NCBI GenBank assembly: GCA_013265495.1
Contig: MU058687.1
Location: forward strand, 2,606,001-2,670,000
DNA: 64,000 bases
From: Vicugna vicugna
Lineage: Eukaryota
Reading direction: 5' to 3'
Shown here: positions 12,226 through 25,512 of the stretch, in pieces
How the letters are laid out: each line of letters starts with the position of its first letter
Numbering within the stretch: the stretch's first letter is position 1
Notes under the pieces: model-generated
Database searches by the model: none
The model's input: only the letters and a program-made list of their open reading frames with translations
What the model was told of the DNA's origin: nothing
Made by a program: the position numbers and the translations under genes

Positions 12226-12734
12226 CTAACTGCGGCTGTCACATGATAGGCACTTAGTAAACTCTTCTTTCCATTCCCTGTGCCCCTTGATTACAGCAGC
12301 TTCCTGGCAGGATAATGCTTTTCTCTGAGCATGTGGTAACCAGGACATCATTGGCACTTGAGTAACCTCATTAAAATAAAAGCCCCAAGTACTTAACAAT
12401 AATTCAGTCATTTGGTGTCCTTTCTCCACTGTGTCTTGCCAAAAGTTGAGCAATAAATTGGATCAGTAGGGGCAAAACAGAGGAACAATGAGAGAGTAAG
12501 TGACAGATAAAGAAATCAGCACAGGCTGAATGCCCATCATCAGCAGGGACAAATAAACTACGGTAAAACTATAGCTATGCTATCAACATTCAGCAGTTAT
12601 AAGGAATGAGACAGATCCATATGTACATTGTTGAGTGAAAAAAAAACCGAGCTACAAAATAAAATATACAATAATATATCATGTTTATAAACACACAAGG
12701 TAAATTATATATCCGCTGTTAGAAGCAATCACAG

Positions 12735-12945
12735 CACAGTACTGGAGGGCAAGAGCTCTGGGGCCAGACAACCCGGTTACAAATTCTGTCTCCACCACTA
12801 ACTACCTGCGTGAGCTGGAGTAAGCAAATTACTTCTCTATGCCTTACATTTCTCATTTATAAAATGGAAGCAATGATAGAAATTGTGAAAATTAATGAGT
12901 TAATACATATAAAGTGCTTAAAGTAGCACCTGGTACACAGTTAAT
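12735..12945 (+). mobile_element. MIR SINE
   Basis: tttctcatttataaaatgg...aaaattaatgagttaatacatataaagtgctta. Confidence 0.7.
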
Positions 12946-13410
12946 TTTGCTTAACAAATGTGGATTATGATTACATTGTCACAGGAGCTTAGATACCACT
13001 GCAAATGCATAGGAAATGATCTGGAAGAACACCAAACTTTGAACAGTTATTACTTGACTCTAAGGGGAGAAGTGGGAAAGGTAGGTAACGAAGGGGGCTT
13101 TGGTCTTGTTTTTAAATCTTTTCATTCTTACAGTGATGTACTTGTGTACTTATATGCACTTAAGTACTTATGTACTTGTAAACTAAAAATAAATTGATGA
13201 TAAAAACTTAAAGGATTCCAATATACCAAAGGCACTCACGAGCTTCTAATTTCCAGGCTTGGGTACCAGCCATCAACAGAGCTAGAAAAAGCAGGAGGGA
13301 GCCAGAAAAGGTGTAACTGAGGTCCCTGCCACAGAAGAGCACTGGATGCCAACACCCAAATCTCTCCCCAGGCTGTGTTCCCACCCCCACAGTGACCTCT
13401 CCCATTTTAC

Positions 13411-13844
13411 CTTCCAGGCCGGCATCCCATGGTACTGGAGCTCTCCATCCCTGATGAAGTTGTAAAGAGGTGAATCAGGAACAGAATTCAGGTCCCCGCA
13501 CAAGATGATGGGGCAGTGGCTGCCGTCTGACAGCTTAGCCACTTTGTCCACTTCAGCCAAGAGAATGGCCATCTGGGCCAGCTTGACATCACCCCGGCGT
13601 GGGTTGTACAGGACATGGGTATTTGCCACACATAAGGGAGCCACTGAAACCTGCCCCAGGCCGTCTGGGACTAGTGGCTGCAGCAGCAACACTAAGCCCA
13701 CGTTGTCCCGATTGAGGAGCTCTAAGCCAGGCCGAAAGTACTCCACAGGGCTGGCGCAGAGGAGACGGAATCTCTTGGGCTTGTAGCAGACAGCACAGCC
13801 GTCTGTCTTACACCCGGTCCTCCTCTTGTAGAAACAGGTAAAGC
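13411..13844 (-). CDS. ANGEL1: ANGEL1 coding exon 5 (EEP catalytic core)
   Basis: ttgcag|GC acceptor, AAG|gtaaaa donor, 434 nt. Encodes GFTCFYKRRTG...VANTH...ILCGDLNSVP...GMPAWK. Confidence 0.97.
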
Positions 13845-14084
13845 CTGCAAGGAACACCCACCAAGGAGATGCGTTAGAGTTCCTGAAGCCTGAATCCCTC
13901 CAACCAGTGGCCGTAGCCCAGGCGTGTGTGCCTAAAGCATTGCTCCTCCTGTGCAGTCAGGGGAGTCCTGGCCCTTGCCAATTCCTTGGTTCTACAGAGG
14001 TTCCCTTACAGCTGTAACCAGGCGGCTGAGTGGATAGAAGGGGAAGGAGGGACAGAAGGGTACAAAGCAATGTTAACTGGGCAG

Positions 14085-14270
14085 GAAAAGCATGGACTCT
14101 AGAGTCAGGCAAGTTGGAGTCCAGGCCCCACAACCTATGAGCTTTATAGCTTTGTGAACTTGAGCCCGTCACACAAATTTTCTGAACCTCAGTTTCCTCG
14201 TTGTAAAATGGGGATAATAATATTCAGTCTCACAGGGTTGGTCACATCAAGGATTAAGTGGCAATACATG
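14085..14270 (+). mobile_element. MIR SINE
   Basis: ctgaacctcagtttcctcgttgtaaaatggggataataa. Confidence 0.7.
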
Positions 14271-14432
14271 TCAGAATTGCTTTAAAACTTCAGGCTCTAC
14301 TTTCCTTCTCACCCACACAAAGGAGTTAGCTCACAGGTGGGACTGAGAGTTTACTGAGACGAAAGATCTCAGGAGTGAGCAGACAGGGCTGTAGGAAGAA
14401 AGACTGGCAAACATGCCAGGGAGCAGCATTAC

Positions 14433-14502
14433 CCATCATTCGCAGAGAGGGCTCCAGCTGTTCCCAGTAATGATCTTCCTGGACTTCCTGGAGACACAAG
14501 AT
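14433..14502 (-). CDS. ANGEL1: ANGEL1 coding exon 4
   Basis: tttcccag|ATC acceptor, G|gtaatg donor, 70 nt. Encodes ILCLQEVQEDHYWEQLEPSLRMM, including the EEP LQE motif. Confidence 0.97.
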
Positions 14503-14940
14503 CTGGGAAAACAAGGAAACCAATCACTCCAGAGTAATGGTGGGTACACCCCGGGAGCAGGCACGGAGGCCGTGTGAGAAGCTGCTGTGGCTCTCAGGCT
14601 GGGTCACACTGAAACTTCCCCTGGGTGCTGACTCTTCTCAGACAGACACCACCAGCAAGAACATGCCCAGACTTACACTGAGACCAGATACATGTGCTCA
14701 ATTTTCCTGCTCCTTGAATCCTTCAAGTCTCCCTCCCCGCATAAAGGTGCTGGAAAGTGTGCACCTATGGAGTCTAAGCATCTGCCAAAAACTCATTTAC
14801 AGCAGGCAGGCCAGCACCAGCCCCAGGCAAGACTCCAATCATACAGACCACCATGGGATTGAACTCATTTTCCAAGAGCACTGGGAAACAGCCCAGGTCC
14901 ATAGCAAATGCAAAGTGGCACATCCCCTGTCTTCACTCAC

Positions 14941-15167
14941 ATCGGGGTCCCAGTGCTGGAATTCCTGCATGAGATTCGCAAAGCGATAGTTCCAATTGAG
15001 GATGTCCGGGTGGCAATGCAGATAGAGTTCTGAGCTCTGCTGCATCAGGTCCTGAGCCAGGATGTTATAGGACATCAGAGTGAACTGGAACTGAGGGCCA
15101 TCCCCTGCCTCCAGACCCTGAGCGTCTAGCTGAGTGGAGAAATCCTCCCATTCTCGCCATAAGATTT
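14941..15167 (-). CDS. ANGEL1: ANGEL1 coding exon 3
   Basis: tttgcag|AA acceptor, GAT|gtgagt donor, 227 nt. Encodes (E)ILWREWEDFS...TLMSYNILAQDL...QHWDPD. Confidence 0.97.
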
Positions 15168-16075
15168 CTGCAAAGGGGTTGGGAAGAAGTCCACGGTTAG
15201 TCCATGTTATCCACAGGCCCTGTCATCTCCACTCCTGACTCAGTGATATGGCATACAAAGTCCATTTTTTCATCTTCCCTGTCACCCATCCATCACTGTG
15301 GCCAATTTGAGCAGCACTCTATGGACATTCTCAGACTAGACAGTAAGCTCCAAAAAGCCAGAGACAATCCTGACCTGTCCACCACAGTATCCCCAGTACC
15401 TAGCATAGTACCTGGCACCTAGTACATGTTCACTAAATATGGCCAACAATTTCTCTTTTGATAAATCCAAGGGTCTCTGGGGAATCACTCAGACGAATGT
15501 GTTTAATAATCATCTAAGGTTAGAGACACTTCCACAGGAATCTCAGCCTTGGGTGCCTTCTGACCTCTAAACCTAGAAAAGCCTGTGGGGCTAGAAACCA
15601 CAATGTGTTCCCCATCTACCCTAGAACATGGAGCTACCGTGTAGATTCAAACCTATGTGAATCACAGAACTCATTCTTCAAATTCTAATGGAAGCCCAGT
15701 ATGTAATACAGATAAAAGTGGAGTTATCTTTGGTTGAGGCAGAGTAGAAGCCCTGAGAGCTCTCCACCCCTACCCCGGAAGCCCTTGGGTCACCTCCAGA
15801 GAACCAATACTGTGGAGAATCAGAACTAGGGTCTGCTTTCAGTTCTGCCGTGACCTAGCTATGTGACTTTAGGCATGTGGCAATCGCATCTGAAAGACCA
15901 TGGGACTGGATGAGATGATCTCTAAGGCCCCTCTAGATCTGCCACTGCAAGAGTCTCAGAAAAACAGAATGCAGTGGCAGAGCTCCCCACAAGAGAACCT
16001 TCTCTGGAGCAATGGCTCTGCCCACATCCGAGACAACCTGCTACCCTGGCTCACTCAGCCAGTTGTCAGACTCAC

Positions 16076-16654
16076 CATGATATGGGACTTCCATTGGGGG
16101 AGGCTGCAGCTGCCCTAGGCCCTCAAAGGTCCAGATAGGAGCCTCTTCCTGGGCGGGCACAGGCTCAGGTCCTATGCTCCAGGCCACCACTGCAGGGTCC
16201 TCTTCCCACTGCTCTGTGGCCAGGGCACCCACTGGGAGGACAACACTGTCCACATACTGGGGGCCAGTCTGCATTGGGACAGCTGTCCACACTGGGCCCT
16301 CAACTTCTGGCAGTGGCTCCTCTCCTAGCACCTCAGGGAAAGACTCCTCCAGGTTCTCTGCTGCCCGCAGGTCACTCAGCTGCCTGCTGGACCACTTGTC
16401 TTCTGAAGCAGCATCCTGTTCTCCAGGATTATCCATCAGGAGTGCCAGGCTGCTCTGGGCTAGTCCTTTATCTACAAGTGGACCGTCGCTCACAGTCAAG
16501 AGCACCTGGCTTGACCCTTCTTCTCGCCACTGCTGCAGCAGGCCCTCACACTCCTCCTGGTCGGGGCCCCGAGGGGCCATGGCAAAGTTGCCTTCTACCT
16601 GGGGGGACGAGCTCTTCGCCAGAAGGACATTTTTTCGACATGTGAAGAAAGCAT
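16076..16654 (-). CDS. ANGEL1: ANGEL1 coding exon 2 (acidic, probably disordered N-terminal region)
   Basis: tcttag|AT acceptor, G|gtgag donor, 579 nt, phase 1-1. Encodes DAFFTCRKNVLL...MEVPYH, matching recalled human ANGEL1. Confidence 0.95.
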
Positions 16655-17741
16655 CTAAGAAGAAAACCAAAATACCATGTTACAAGATGACAGCATCACC
16701 CACCCCACACTCTTCTCCCAACTTCTAACACAAGCCCCACAGAAGCAAGAATCATATTCACCTTGCTCATCATTGTACCATCGCTGAGCCTGCCCACTGT
16801 AGTGCCTGGAACATCATCGCCAACAGAGCGAAATGCTTACTATGTGTCATACACTGTTCTAAATGCTTTGCAGGTATGAACGAATTCATACGGCAGGGAT
16901 CTGATAAACATTCAGTGTGTGAATGAAAGAATGACTATCCCACATAATCTAGGACAGAGATTGTCTCATATAACCCCTTTTATCTGAAGGTTGAGATCCC
17001 TATTAACATCAACTCTCTAGTTCTAAGAGCCACATTACATTGGAACCAGCACTTGACCATGAATCAGAACTGCAGGTCATGGCCTAATACTGAAATTAAC
17101 AAAACTGTGTGCCCTTGGACAACGCCCCTAGTGAGATGGACACATTCCTGACTGTAAAATGGGGACAAGGGAAGTTTGAACTAGATAATCCCCAAGAGCT
17201 TTTCTAGTTCTATAAATCCCCCAAACTTATGAACGCATTCCAAAAGAAAAAGGCCTGAAGTAGACAAAAAGTGTATCTCAAAATCTATACAATCTACTTC
17301 TTAGCAAACGCTCTGGGTTCTTTTCTCAAAGCTATTTATTCTACTCATAAAACTTCACAAACTTCATTATCAGCTTCCTCATTCCACAGCACTCTAGAGG
17401 CTGTAAATCAAAAGGTGCCAACAACTGACAGCAAGAGCCAGCTGCTGTTGCTCTGCTACAGCCCCTACAGTGACAGCCGAAAGACAAAAAGCAGGTGGGA
17501 AAAGCTCTAAAATTAGAGCCCCCAAATCCAAGTATAGTATTTTGGTGCAAACAAACACCTACCCACCCCCTACAACTTAATCACTTATTTACAGTACAGG
17601 ACAAGTGACACATACAATGATGACCCTCAAACACCAGATTCACTTCATTAGCTCTACTTTTTTTTAAGGCAAGAAAAACTTCAAAATGGTTCAAATGTTG
17701 ACGACACTATTATATTTATGGCAGATTTATATCCCTCAGAC

Positions 17742-17936
17742 AAGTGGTTTTCAACCAGGAGTTATTTTGCCCTCAGGGAACATTTCTGCATTATCTGGAG
17801 ACACAACTATGGGGATGCTACTGGCATCTAGTGGTTATAGGATAAGGATACAGCTGAACACCCTACAGTGCAATGGACTGCCTGACAACAAACTCTCCAG
17901 ACCCTAATGTCAACAGTGCTGAGACTGGGAAACTGC
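17742..17936 (+). mobile_element. MER20-like hAT-Charlie MITE
   Basis: agtggttttcaacc...ggggatgctactggcatctagtgg...aatgtcaacagtgctgagactgggaaac. Confidence 0.75.
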
Positions 17937-18989
17937 TTTAAAACCACAGTCTGGGTTGCTGACTTTAGTCTCAGGGACTTGCTAATTCCCTGCCCCTTGA
18001 AACATCCCTATATGGATACCAGATGGCCAAGTTTCTTTTGCTTATATGTGTGAGGTTACTAATTTTCAAATTTAGCAGGTTTTGGGTGGTGGTGGTGGTT
18101 TGTTTTTCAGCAGCAGAATTACTTTATTAAAAGAAAATCTTCTGTAGGAACCAAATGCACAAATACAAATGGGACCACTTTAACAGGTGTGTGTGGATGG
18201 GTAGGAGGAGGTGGCCTCTCCTCCAAGATCCCTAAAACTCTAACTAAACCTCTGAACTAATATATGTCACTAAGGCTGCCGTTACGGACATTGGCAGAGC
18301 TCCAGAAATGACAGCAACATGGTTAGAGGAATATGCCTTAGTTCCCTGAAAACAAGGACTTCTGTGGAGTTTTTCAGTCCTCAGAAGTATGGATACACAA
18401 GGCATTCCTGAATTGAGTGCCTACTATATTCTAGGCAGTGTACTAGCACTAGGTACAGTGAGACATGGCCCTGCCCTGCTGGAGCTTGCATTCTAGTGGC
18501 AGATACACACAAACACATACATAAATAAATGTTTTATAAGAAATATATAACAGAAATTACACATTGTGTAAAGTTCCAAGAAGGAAAAGCTCAGAATGCA
18601 CAGAGCTGGATCCCTTATTTCTAAGAAAGTCCTTCTTGGTCTGTCCTGCCCTCTAAATTGCCAGAGAAAAAGTCTGGGGGTTCTGTGAGATCTCTGAGGG
18701 GAACTGACAGTCTCCTACATAGCCTCCGGAATGTCAAGGATCAGGAAAGGGGAGCACAAGCAGATCATGACAAATTCAAACAAAAATTCTTCTCTCTCGA
18801 AAGAATCCACTGGGCAATCGCCTCCACCTCGCTACATCTCCAAACGCACGGAACATTGCTTCAAAGCCGAGGTTTCACTGTGTCTCTGGATTCTAAGCAT
18901 CTTTTTTTTTTTTCAGCCAAAGACTCAGGCAGCTGTGAAACATGAGTGTGACCCAGGGAAAGGCAGGTGCATCCAGGTCTTCAGCCCAC

Positions 18990-19730
18990 AGACCCTCCGG
19001 GCCGACCGGCCCCTACCCACGGAGAATTCGGGCCCTTACCTGGGCCCCGAGCGGCCAACCCTCCCCGACCCCCAGGGCAGAAACTCAGAGGGCCCCGGAA
19101 CCTCTCCGCACCCTCGGCCAGAGGGGCGGCTCCTGCCCCTCCCCCGACCCCCTCCACGTTAACTGTGGCCCGGCGCCTCCAGGTCACAGGCGTGAGGAGG
19201 GAGCCGCCCAGGAGGGTCGCCCGCCAGGCGCGGGCCTCATGGAGTCCACGACTGGCACGGCGGCGCCGAGGGGCGCCTTCCCACACCTCGGCACGGCCGG
19301 GGGAAGGTGGTCGTGAGGCCGGACGCGCCGCACGCCGCCCCAGGCCCCGCAGGGAGTCAGGCCCGGGCCTGGCACCCGCCTGTCTGGACGCGGGACCAGT
19401 ACCTGAGAGGGCGCGGAAAAGGCGCGCGGCCGGCAGCAGCAGGTAACACAGGCACGAAGCAATCATGGCCAGCCACCCGCGCCCGCCGCCCCTCACCGCC
19501 GGCCGCGGGGTCCCTCAGCTCAGCCCCACCTCCGCTTCGCCCCGCCCCCGGCTCCGCCCCCGGGCCGGCTCACGTGATATCGCTGCGCTTCAACAACAAC
19601 TTTATTGGGAGCGCAGGGCCGATCATGCGCCCGCGGGGCTGAAAAGCCAGTTCCCAAGGCAACAGGCGGGGCCGGCCTGGCTCCCCACCAACGTGGAAGC
19701 GCACGGACTTGAAATTAAACCCCTCCCTCG
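18990..19730 (-). promoter_or_regulatory. CpG island / ANGEL1 promoter with GC boxes, E-box TCACGTGA (19570-19577) and CCAAT box (19604-19608, minus strand)
   Basis: Very high GC and CpG density around exon 1; ccccgccc motifs at 19540-19561. Confidence 0.85.
19403..19466 (-). CDS. ANGEL1: ANGEL1 coding exon 1
   Basis: gccATG at 19466; MIASCLCYLLLPAARLFRALS plus G|gtactg donor, 64 nt. Matches the recalled ANGEL1 N-terminus. Confidence 0.95.
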
Positions 19731-21857
19731 GGGAGCCATAGTATTATTTAAAGGCCACAGTTTTATTCCCATTTCTGCTATCTAACTAGTGGCCACCTTG
19801 GGTCCACCATGTCATCTCTCTGCCCTTCAGTTCACTCATCTGTAAAATGAGGTGCTGGGCTTGTCTAAGGCCTTGCCCAGCTGTGCCTTCTATGATCTAG
19901 CCTGTCTCAGCCCAGGTTAGAGAGACCAAGCTCTTCAGCATCTTTCTCCTTTTCCTAGCTCTCTTCCCCAGCTCAGATTTTAGGTGACACATTGAGTCCA
20001 CACCTTGCTTCAGTATGTAAGATTTGTAACCTTCCTTATCCTGTTCCAAATGGGTCCTTTCCCCACAGTCTGGCAAAAAAGGGGTGTCTCGTTGGTAAGA
20101 GAGCCAAAAAAGGGAGGAGGTGAACCCTCCACAAGGGCCACGGAAACAAGTATGTTTGGTTGGTTTCCCTTGAGGTGTGTCTCCAGTGTCTGTGACAGTG
20201 CCAGGCACACAGAAGGGACCAAATAAACCTCATTGACTGACTGAACAAAACATGGCAGTAAATGAAGGTCAGTTCTTCCATCAATTCTGTGCAACCCAGA
20301 CTTCTTTGACTCTCTCTTCCCCATCCCCACCCTCAATCTTCTGCCCCAACCACACTGTAAAGGAAGAGGGACTGTTTAATACTCCCAATTTTAGTACCCA
20401 GTGGCTGAGCTGTGTGATTTCCAATTTGTAACTGGAGCCTCGGTTGTTCCGGGAAGCCCTCTGGGGAGTCACCAGATCCAGGACCAGCTGGGTACATCAT
20501 AACATTGAAAGGCTGAAAAGAGGAAGAAGGAGAGTCAGTGTTGTGGTCTTCCCACTCTCTTCCCTTAGCTCTAGAGGCAGTGCCTGCCTTCAGGCAACAG
20601 CACTCCTGCATTAGCCTGAGATGGAGCAGAGGCCCCAGGGGCAATCTGAAGGTTCAGAAGCCTGTTAGAAACTAGCAGGTAAATGTCAGCTCTACCTAAG
20701 GAGCCCCCAAAGTCAGATCAACTGTCTTGATGTGGCTTAAATAAACCTTCCTTGTATGTCCTTCCATTTTGTCCCAATAGTTACCCAGAAGTCCAAGTTC
20801 CAAATCAGATCCTAAATCAAGGAACTTATCTAGAGACCAGGTTTTGCAAAATGATGGTTCCCTTAACACTTGAAAATGTTTTTAAAATATAACTTCCTAG
20901 GCCCTAATTCCAGGATTCTGATTCTATGCATCAGGGATGGGGACACTTAAAGACTCACCAAGTTACCCTGGTGTACAGTTCTCTGCTAAAGGACCTACCC
21001 TCCGCTGGGCTGTTTAGTGTACATGCGGTCAAAATGCATCAGGCCAACTGATGCCATGTGGTTTCAGAGGCTTTTCCTGAGGCCAGTTAAGCCAGGCTGA
21101 CTTCCTTCCGTTTCCACATCGGCTATGTTGGAAATGATCACAAGCTACGGAGTTAGACCCACTGAGTTCAGATCCTGGCTCTGCAGCTTCCTACCTGAGG
21201 AGTTACCTAACGTCTTGGGGCCTCAGTTTCCTCACCTTGCCCAAAAGAGAGTAAGCTCTCAGTGTTTACTATTGTATTTTTTTGAATTTAGTCCAAAAAC
21301 AGCTCTGGCTACAGCTAATGTAGTGTCATCTTCCAGAATCCTTGGCAGAAATTAAGGCCTTCCAAACCGTAATGTGGCACTGCTAAGCAAGCCAGTAACT
21401 GCAGGTCCAAGGAGACTTGTTCAGGAGAAGCTCAGCCTCAGGCTTCACCAGTCAGAGGAAAATTACAAGTATAATCTGCACCATTTGCAGCCACATCATG
21501 TCAGAAATATTCCAAGAAGAGACCGAATGAGCCCCTGAATTCATCCCAGCTGTGATCACAGTACAGGCAATGATAAACATCTGCCTCTACCACTGATGGT
21601 TTCAAGGATGCAGAACCTACCTACTGGGACCAGTAGGTTTTGCAATACTTTGATGGATTTAAAATGTTCTTTCAGAGGGAAATTTCCTGTATATAGGAAA
21701 TTTAAGCCCTTGAGGGTTCAAATTTTGCTTATGCTAACAGACATGTATGGAAGTTCAACATGGTGGCTGCTTTTATTAATTTATTAGTTAAACATGTGTA
21801 ATATACAGGGTAGTGTCATGCTTCCTTCAGGATTGCAGAGGCTGCTGACCAAAGCCT

Positions 21858-22250
21858 AGAGCAATGCTGCCCAAGATAAGTATATTGTGAACCACATATG
21901 TGATTTTAAATTTTCTAATAGCCTCATTTAAAAGGGAAAAAAATGCAGGTGAAATTAATTATAACATGTTTTATTTAACCCCATATATTAAAAATTTTAG
22001 TATTTTAGCATGTCATAAATTTTTTTTTTTACTGCAGGACACTGCAGTTAGGTTTATTCCAGAGAAAGTGTGTGCCCAATCAATATTTTAAAATGAGATA
22101 TTTTGGGTTTTTTTCTTCTTTTGTACCAAGTCTTTGAAATCCATTGTTTTGTTTCACGTGGACAGCAACCTCAATTCATACTAACCACATTTCACGTGCT
22201 CAATGGCTATAAGGGGCTAGTGGCTGCCATGTTGAACTTATGCAGGTATA
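21858..22250 (+). mobile_element. MER33-like hAT-Charlie element interrupted by a small polyA insertion
   Basis: ttttaaattttctaatagcctcatttaaaa...ccacatttcacgtgctcaatggc...ggctagtggctgccat. Confidence 0.7.
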
Positions 22251-22779
22251 GAGGCCTCAAACAGCCACTCAGATAGGATAGGCTGAAAAGAATTGCCTAT
22301 GTTCAACTTTTATGGTAACCTGAGACCCATTCACTCCTAGTAACAGGTTACTGGTAATTCCTAGTAATCACATACTCAGAGTAACATTACCAGAATGTGC
22401 AGGATTGGTCTGAGTTGATGCAGTCATTCATTCATTCACTGATTCATGCATTCATGTAGTCATTAGAGATTTATCAAGTGGTCTTCACTGTTTACCCCAA
22501 CTTCACCCTGGTCTTTTCTTGACCTTGGGCCGAATCCTCCTCCTTCTTTCAAGACTCTAGCCCTGAATTCACAGTCTTCTCCAACTCAAGTCCTCCCACC
22601 ACCAAAGTGGATAAGCCATCCCAAATCCTAGGAATGCCACCACCTCCTCATGACTTCATTCCCACTGTACTTCAGACACCCCTCATGTGTCATTACTGGG
22701 TACTGCACCACTTCTAAAATCACACATTCACACACCCACTCTGATGGATCACCTCATGGCTTTCTGCCTCTCTTTCACT

Positions 22780-24883
22780 TCTGCATCATCTTTACCCCAT
22801 CAAACCCTTGAGTTCTCTATTCTGTCCTCAAACTTCCCTTCAGTCATCATTTTTTTCTCTATCCGACGTGGAATCCGCATCAGCCATTTTTCAAATCATT
22901 CTCTTCCTAATATCAACTCTCTTGCCCACTGTTCTCTGCCTAGGTCAGTAAAGCCGTTCTCCTTCTTGGCTCTTATATCTGGGCTGCTGAGCACCAGTGA
23001 ATAAAATTACCAACCACACGGACTGGAGCTATTAGTGTGCTGGTCTCCAAACTCACTTCAGCCCTCCCAGCAATCCAGTGTCCTTAATTAGCTTTCTCTC
23101 CTATTTTGGCCATTCTTTTCAAACTTGCTGTTCTATTGCCTCCCTTTCCTTGCTCTTTGAAGATCAGCTCCCTACCAACCTTAAAGAAAAATGTAGAACC
23201 ACTGAATGAACACTCTCTGCTCTTTGTTGCCACATCAACACACACCAGCATCAATAACCACCTTTTCCTCTTTCCCTTCCAACACAGTGGCTAACCGCTC
23301 CACCATGCCTGGGATCCCTCATTCTTGCCTCCTCAGAGTGTGCTCCTTCTGCTCATCCCTGACTCCTTCCCATCAACATTTAAATGTGCTCCAGTTATTC
23401 CTTGATTATGAAACCATCTTCCCTCAGACCACGTCACCCTCCAGTCATCCCTCCATCTCCCCACCTCTCCTTTACAGCCAAGCTTTTTGGAAGAGTTGTC
23501 TGTTCCTGCTGCCTACTCCCTCACCTCTCATTTATCCTCATTCCACTGAAATACAGCTTCCACCCTCATCACTCCACTCACACTTTCCTCACCAAAGTTC
23601 CCAGTGCCTCCCTTGTTGATAAATGCAATGGACACTCTCCAGGCTTTATTATTTCTTGAATATCCCCTAATTTTGCATAATCCCCACCCCTTCCAAGATT
23701 CTCTTCCCTTGATTTCTGTGACATTCTTGTTTTCCTTCCAACTCTGTGGACATATTTTCCTAGTACCTTTTATTTCTCTTCCTCTGAACACCTCCCATTC
23801 AACAATGTAGTTCCTAGGATTTCAATCATGGCCTCTCTCCTTTAATGTGCCTCTTCGGGAAGTTTTCCCACTCCAGTGGCTTCAACTACCATCCATATAC
23901 AGACAACTCACACATCTACATCTACATTTTTAACACTTTTCTTAGGCCACAGACCCATAAATCCTTCTGCCGATGGACCTCTCCAATGGATATCCCAGAG
24001 GAACCTCAAAGACTTAACATACACAAAGTTGGGCTTACCACCTTCCCACAACCATCTGCCAAAAAATTATTGCCCCAGCTCCTCCATTCTCTTTTTTTAT
24101 GGATGGCACAATCATCTATCAAGTTATCCTGGCCTCCTGCACTTGCATCCCCCCTTTTACTTTCCCATCTGATCTATCCCCAAGCCCAGGTGGTTTTGGC
24201 CTTCTTTATCTTTATCTAGTCAGTCCATTTCATCCCTACAGGCACTCCTGTTGATCCTCTTCCTGACCTCAATCCACTTTCCGCACTGCAGCCAGAGCAA
24301 TCTTTCTACCGTGCAAATCATGTCAGGCCACCCTGCTGCTTGAAACCTCTCTGCAAACCCCCACTATTCCTAAAATACAGGTCAACCCCTGAGCCCTTCA
24401 TTATTATCCTCTGCTCACCTTCCATCTCATTTCTCAACCCTACCTTCCCACCACAGCTCTCCCTGCAGAGTCACGCTCCAGCCTTGCTAACCTACCTGAG
24501 ATTCTAAAATACTGTGGGAACTTTTATATGCTTTTTGTTTTTCAGCCTCAGATAACTCTCCTTCCCCACTAGGTCCATGTCATCCACCTGCCTTCACCTG
24601 GTTACTGCCTAACGGACCTTCCAGTCTCAGCCTAGACATTCCTTCCTCAAGGAAGCATTCCCAGAAGTCCATTCCCAACCCATTCACAGACATATCACTG
24701 TCTGCAGTCTGGACCAGAAGCCTCCTCCTATTTGCTGCTGCGGCATCCTCATTTACTCTGGCTCAACACTGTCACTGTTTACTCATCAGTATCTCTTAGT
24801 AAACTGTATAGTTTCCGAGGTTCAGCATTCTCCCCCCAAGGTATTCAATACATTGAATGAATGAATGAATGAGTGAATGAATG
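22780..24883 (+). mobile_element. Long L2 LINE remnant
   Basis: Pyrimidine-rich L2-like text (cactccactcacactttcctcaccaaag; ggcttcaactaccatccatatacaga) ending in a (gaat)n tail at 24855-24883. Confidence 0.75.
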
Positions 24884-25296
24884 GAAAACTCTTCTTCCTG
24901 AAGAGCTTCAGTTTCATAAGGAAACTAAGCATAATAAAATCCAAACTTGCAAAAGTGGACCCATAATGGGGAATTTCTTTGCATTTTCCGAAGATTTTTG
25001 CTTTACAAAATAATTCTGAAAGTGCCTTTCTTTCAAAGATTGCCCCCTATATTTGAAATCAGACTTGATTTACAACTATCATTTAAAGAAAAACAGCCCC
25101 TGCATAAAATTGGTTATTGTTACACCTAATAATAATGGCATCTGCTTCTCTCTTTGATGGAGCTTCCTCATCTTGCCTCCTAGCATGGTTTCTGCCAGCT
25201 TTCTTTCTTTGATTCTTTCCTCTCCTTTCTTTCCCTTGGAGAATTAGGCTCTTCAGGAATTATCTCATGCTAATGGCCATCAAATACAAGAGTACA

Positions 25297-25512
25297 TCTT
25301 TTCCCTAAAGTGCCAAATAGGAAATGTTTTTGGCTTTGCAGGCCATGGGTCTCTCTCTGTAGCAACTGCTCGACTTTGCCATTGTAGCGTGAAAGTGGCC
25401 ACAGAAGTACCTAAATGAGTGATCATGGCTGTGTTTCAACAAAACTTTATTTACAAAAACAAGCAGTGGACCAGACTTGATCTTCAGACTGTAGTTTGTT
25501 TGCCAGCTCCTA
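25297..25512 (+). mobile_element. MER58A-like hAT MITE
   Basis: ggctttgcaggccat...catggctgtgtttcaacaaaactttatttacaaaaacaagcagtgg. Confidence 0.8.

Noticed and set aside
18731..19785. Multiple overlapping ORFs in the CpG island
   Set aside because: These are expected in GC-rich DNA; only 19403-19466 matches ANGEL1.
22339..22394. Short imperfect inverted repeats (ctggtaat...attaccag)
   Set aside because: Too short and AT-rich to distinguish from chance or a decayed MITE.
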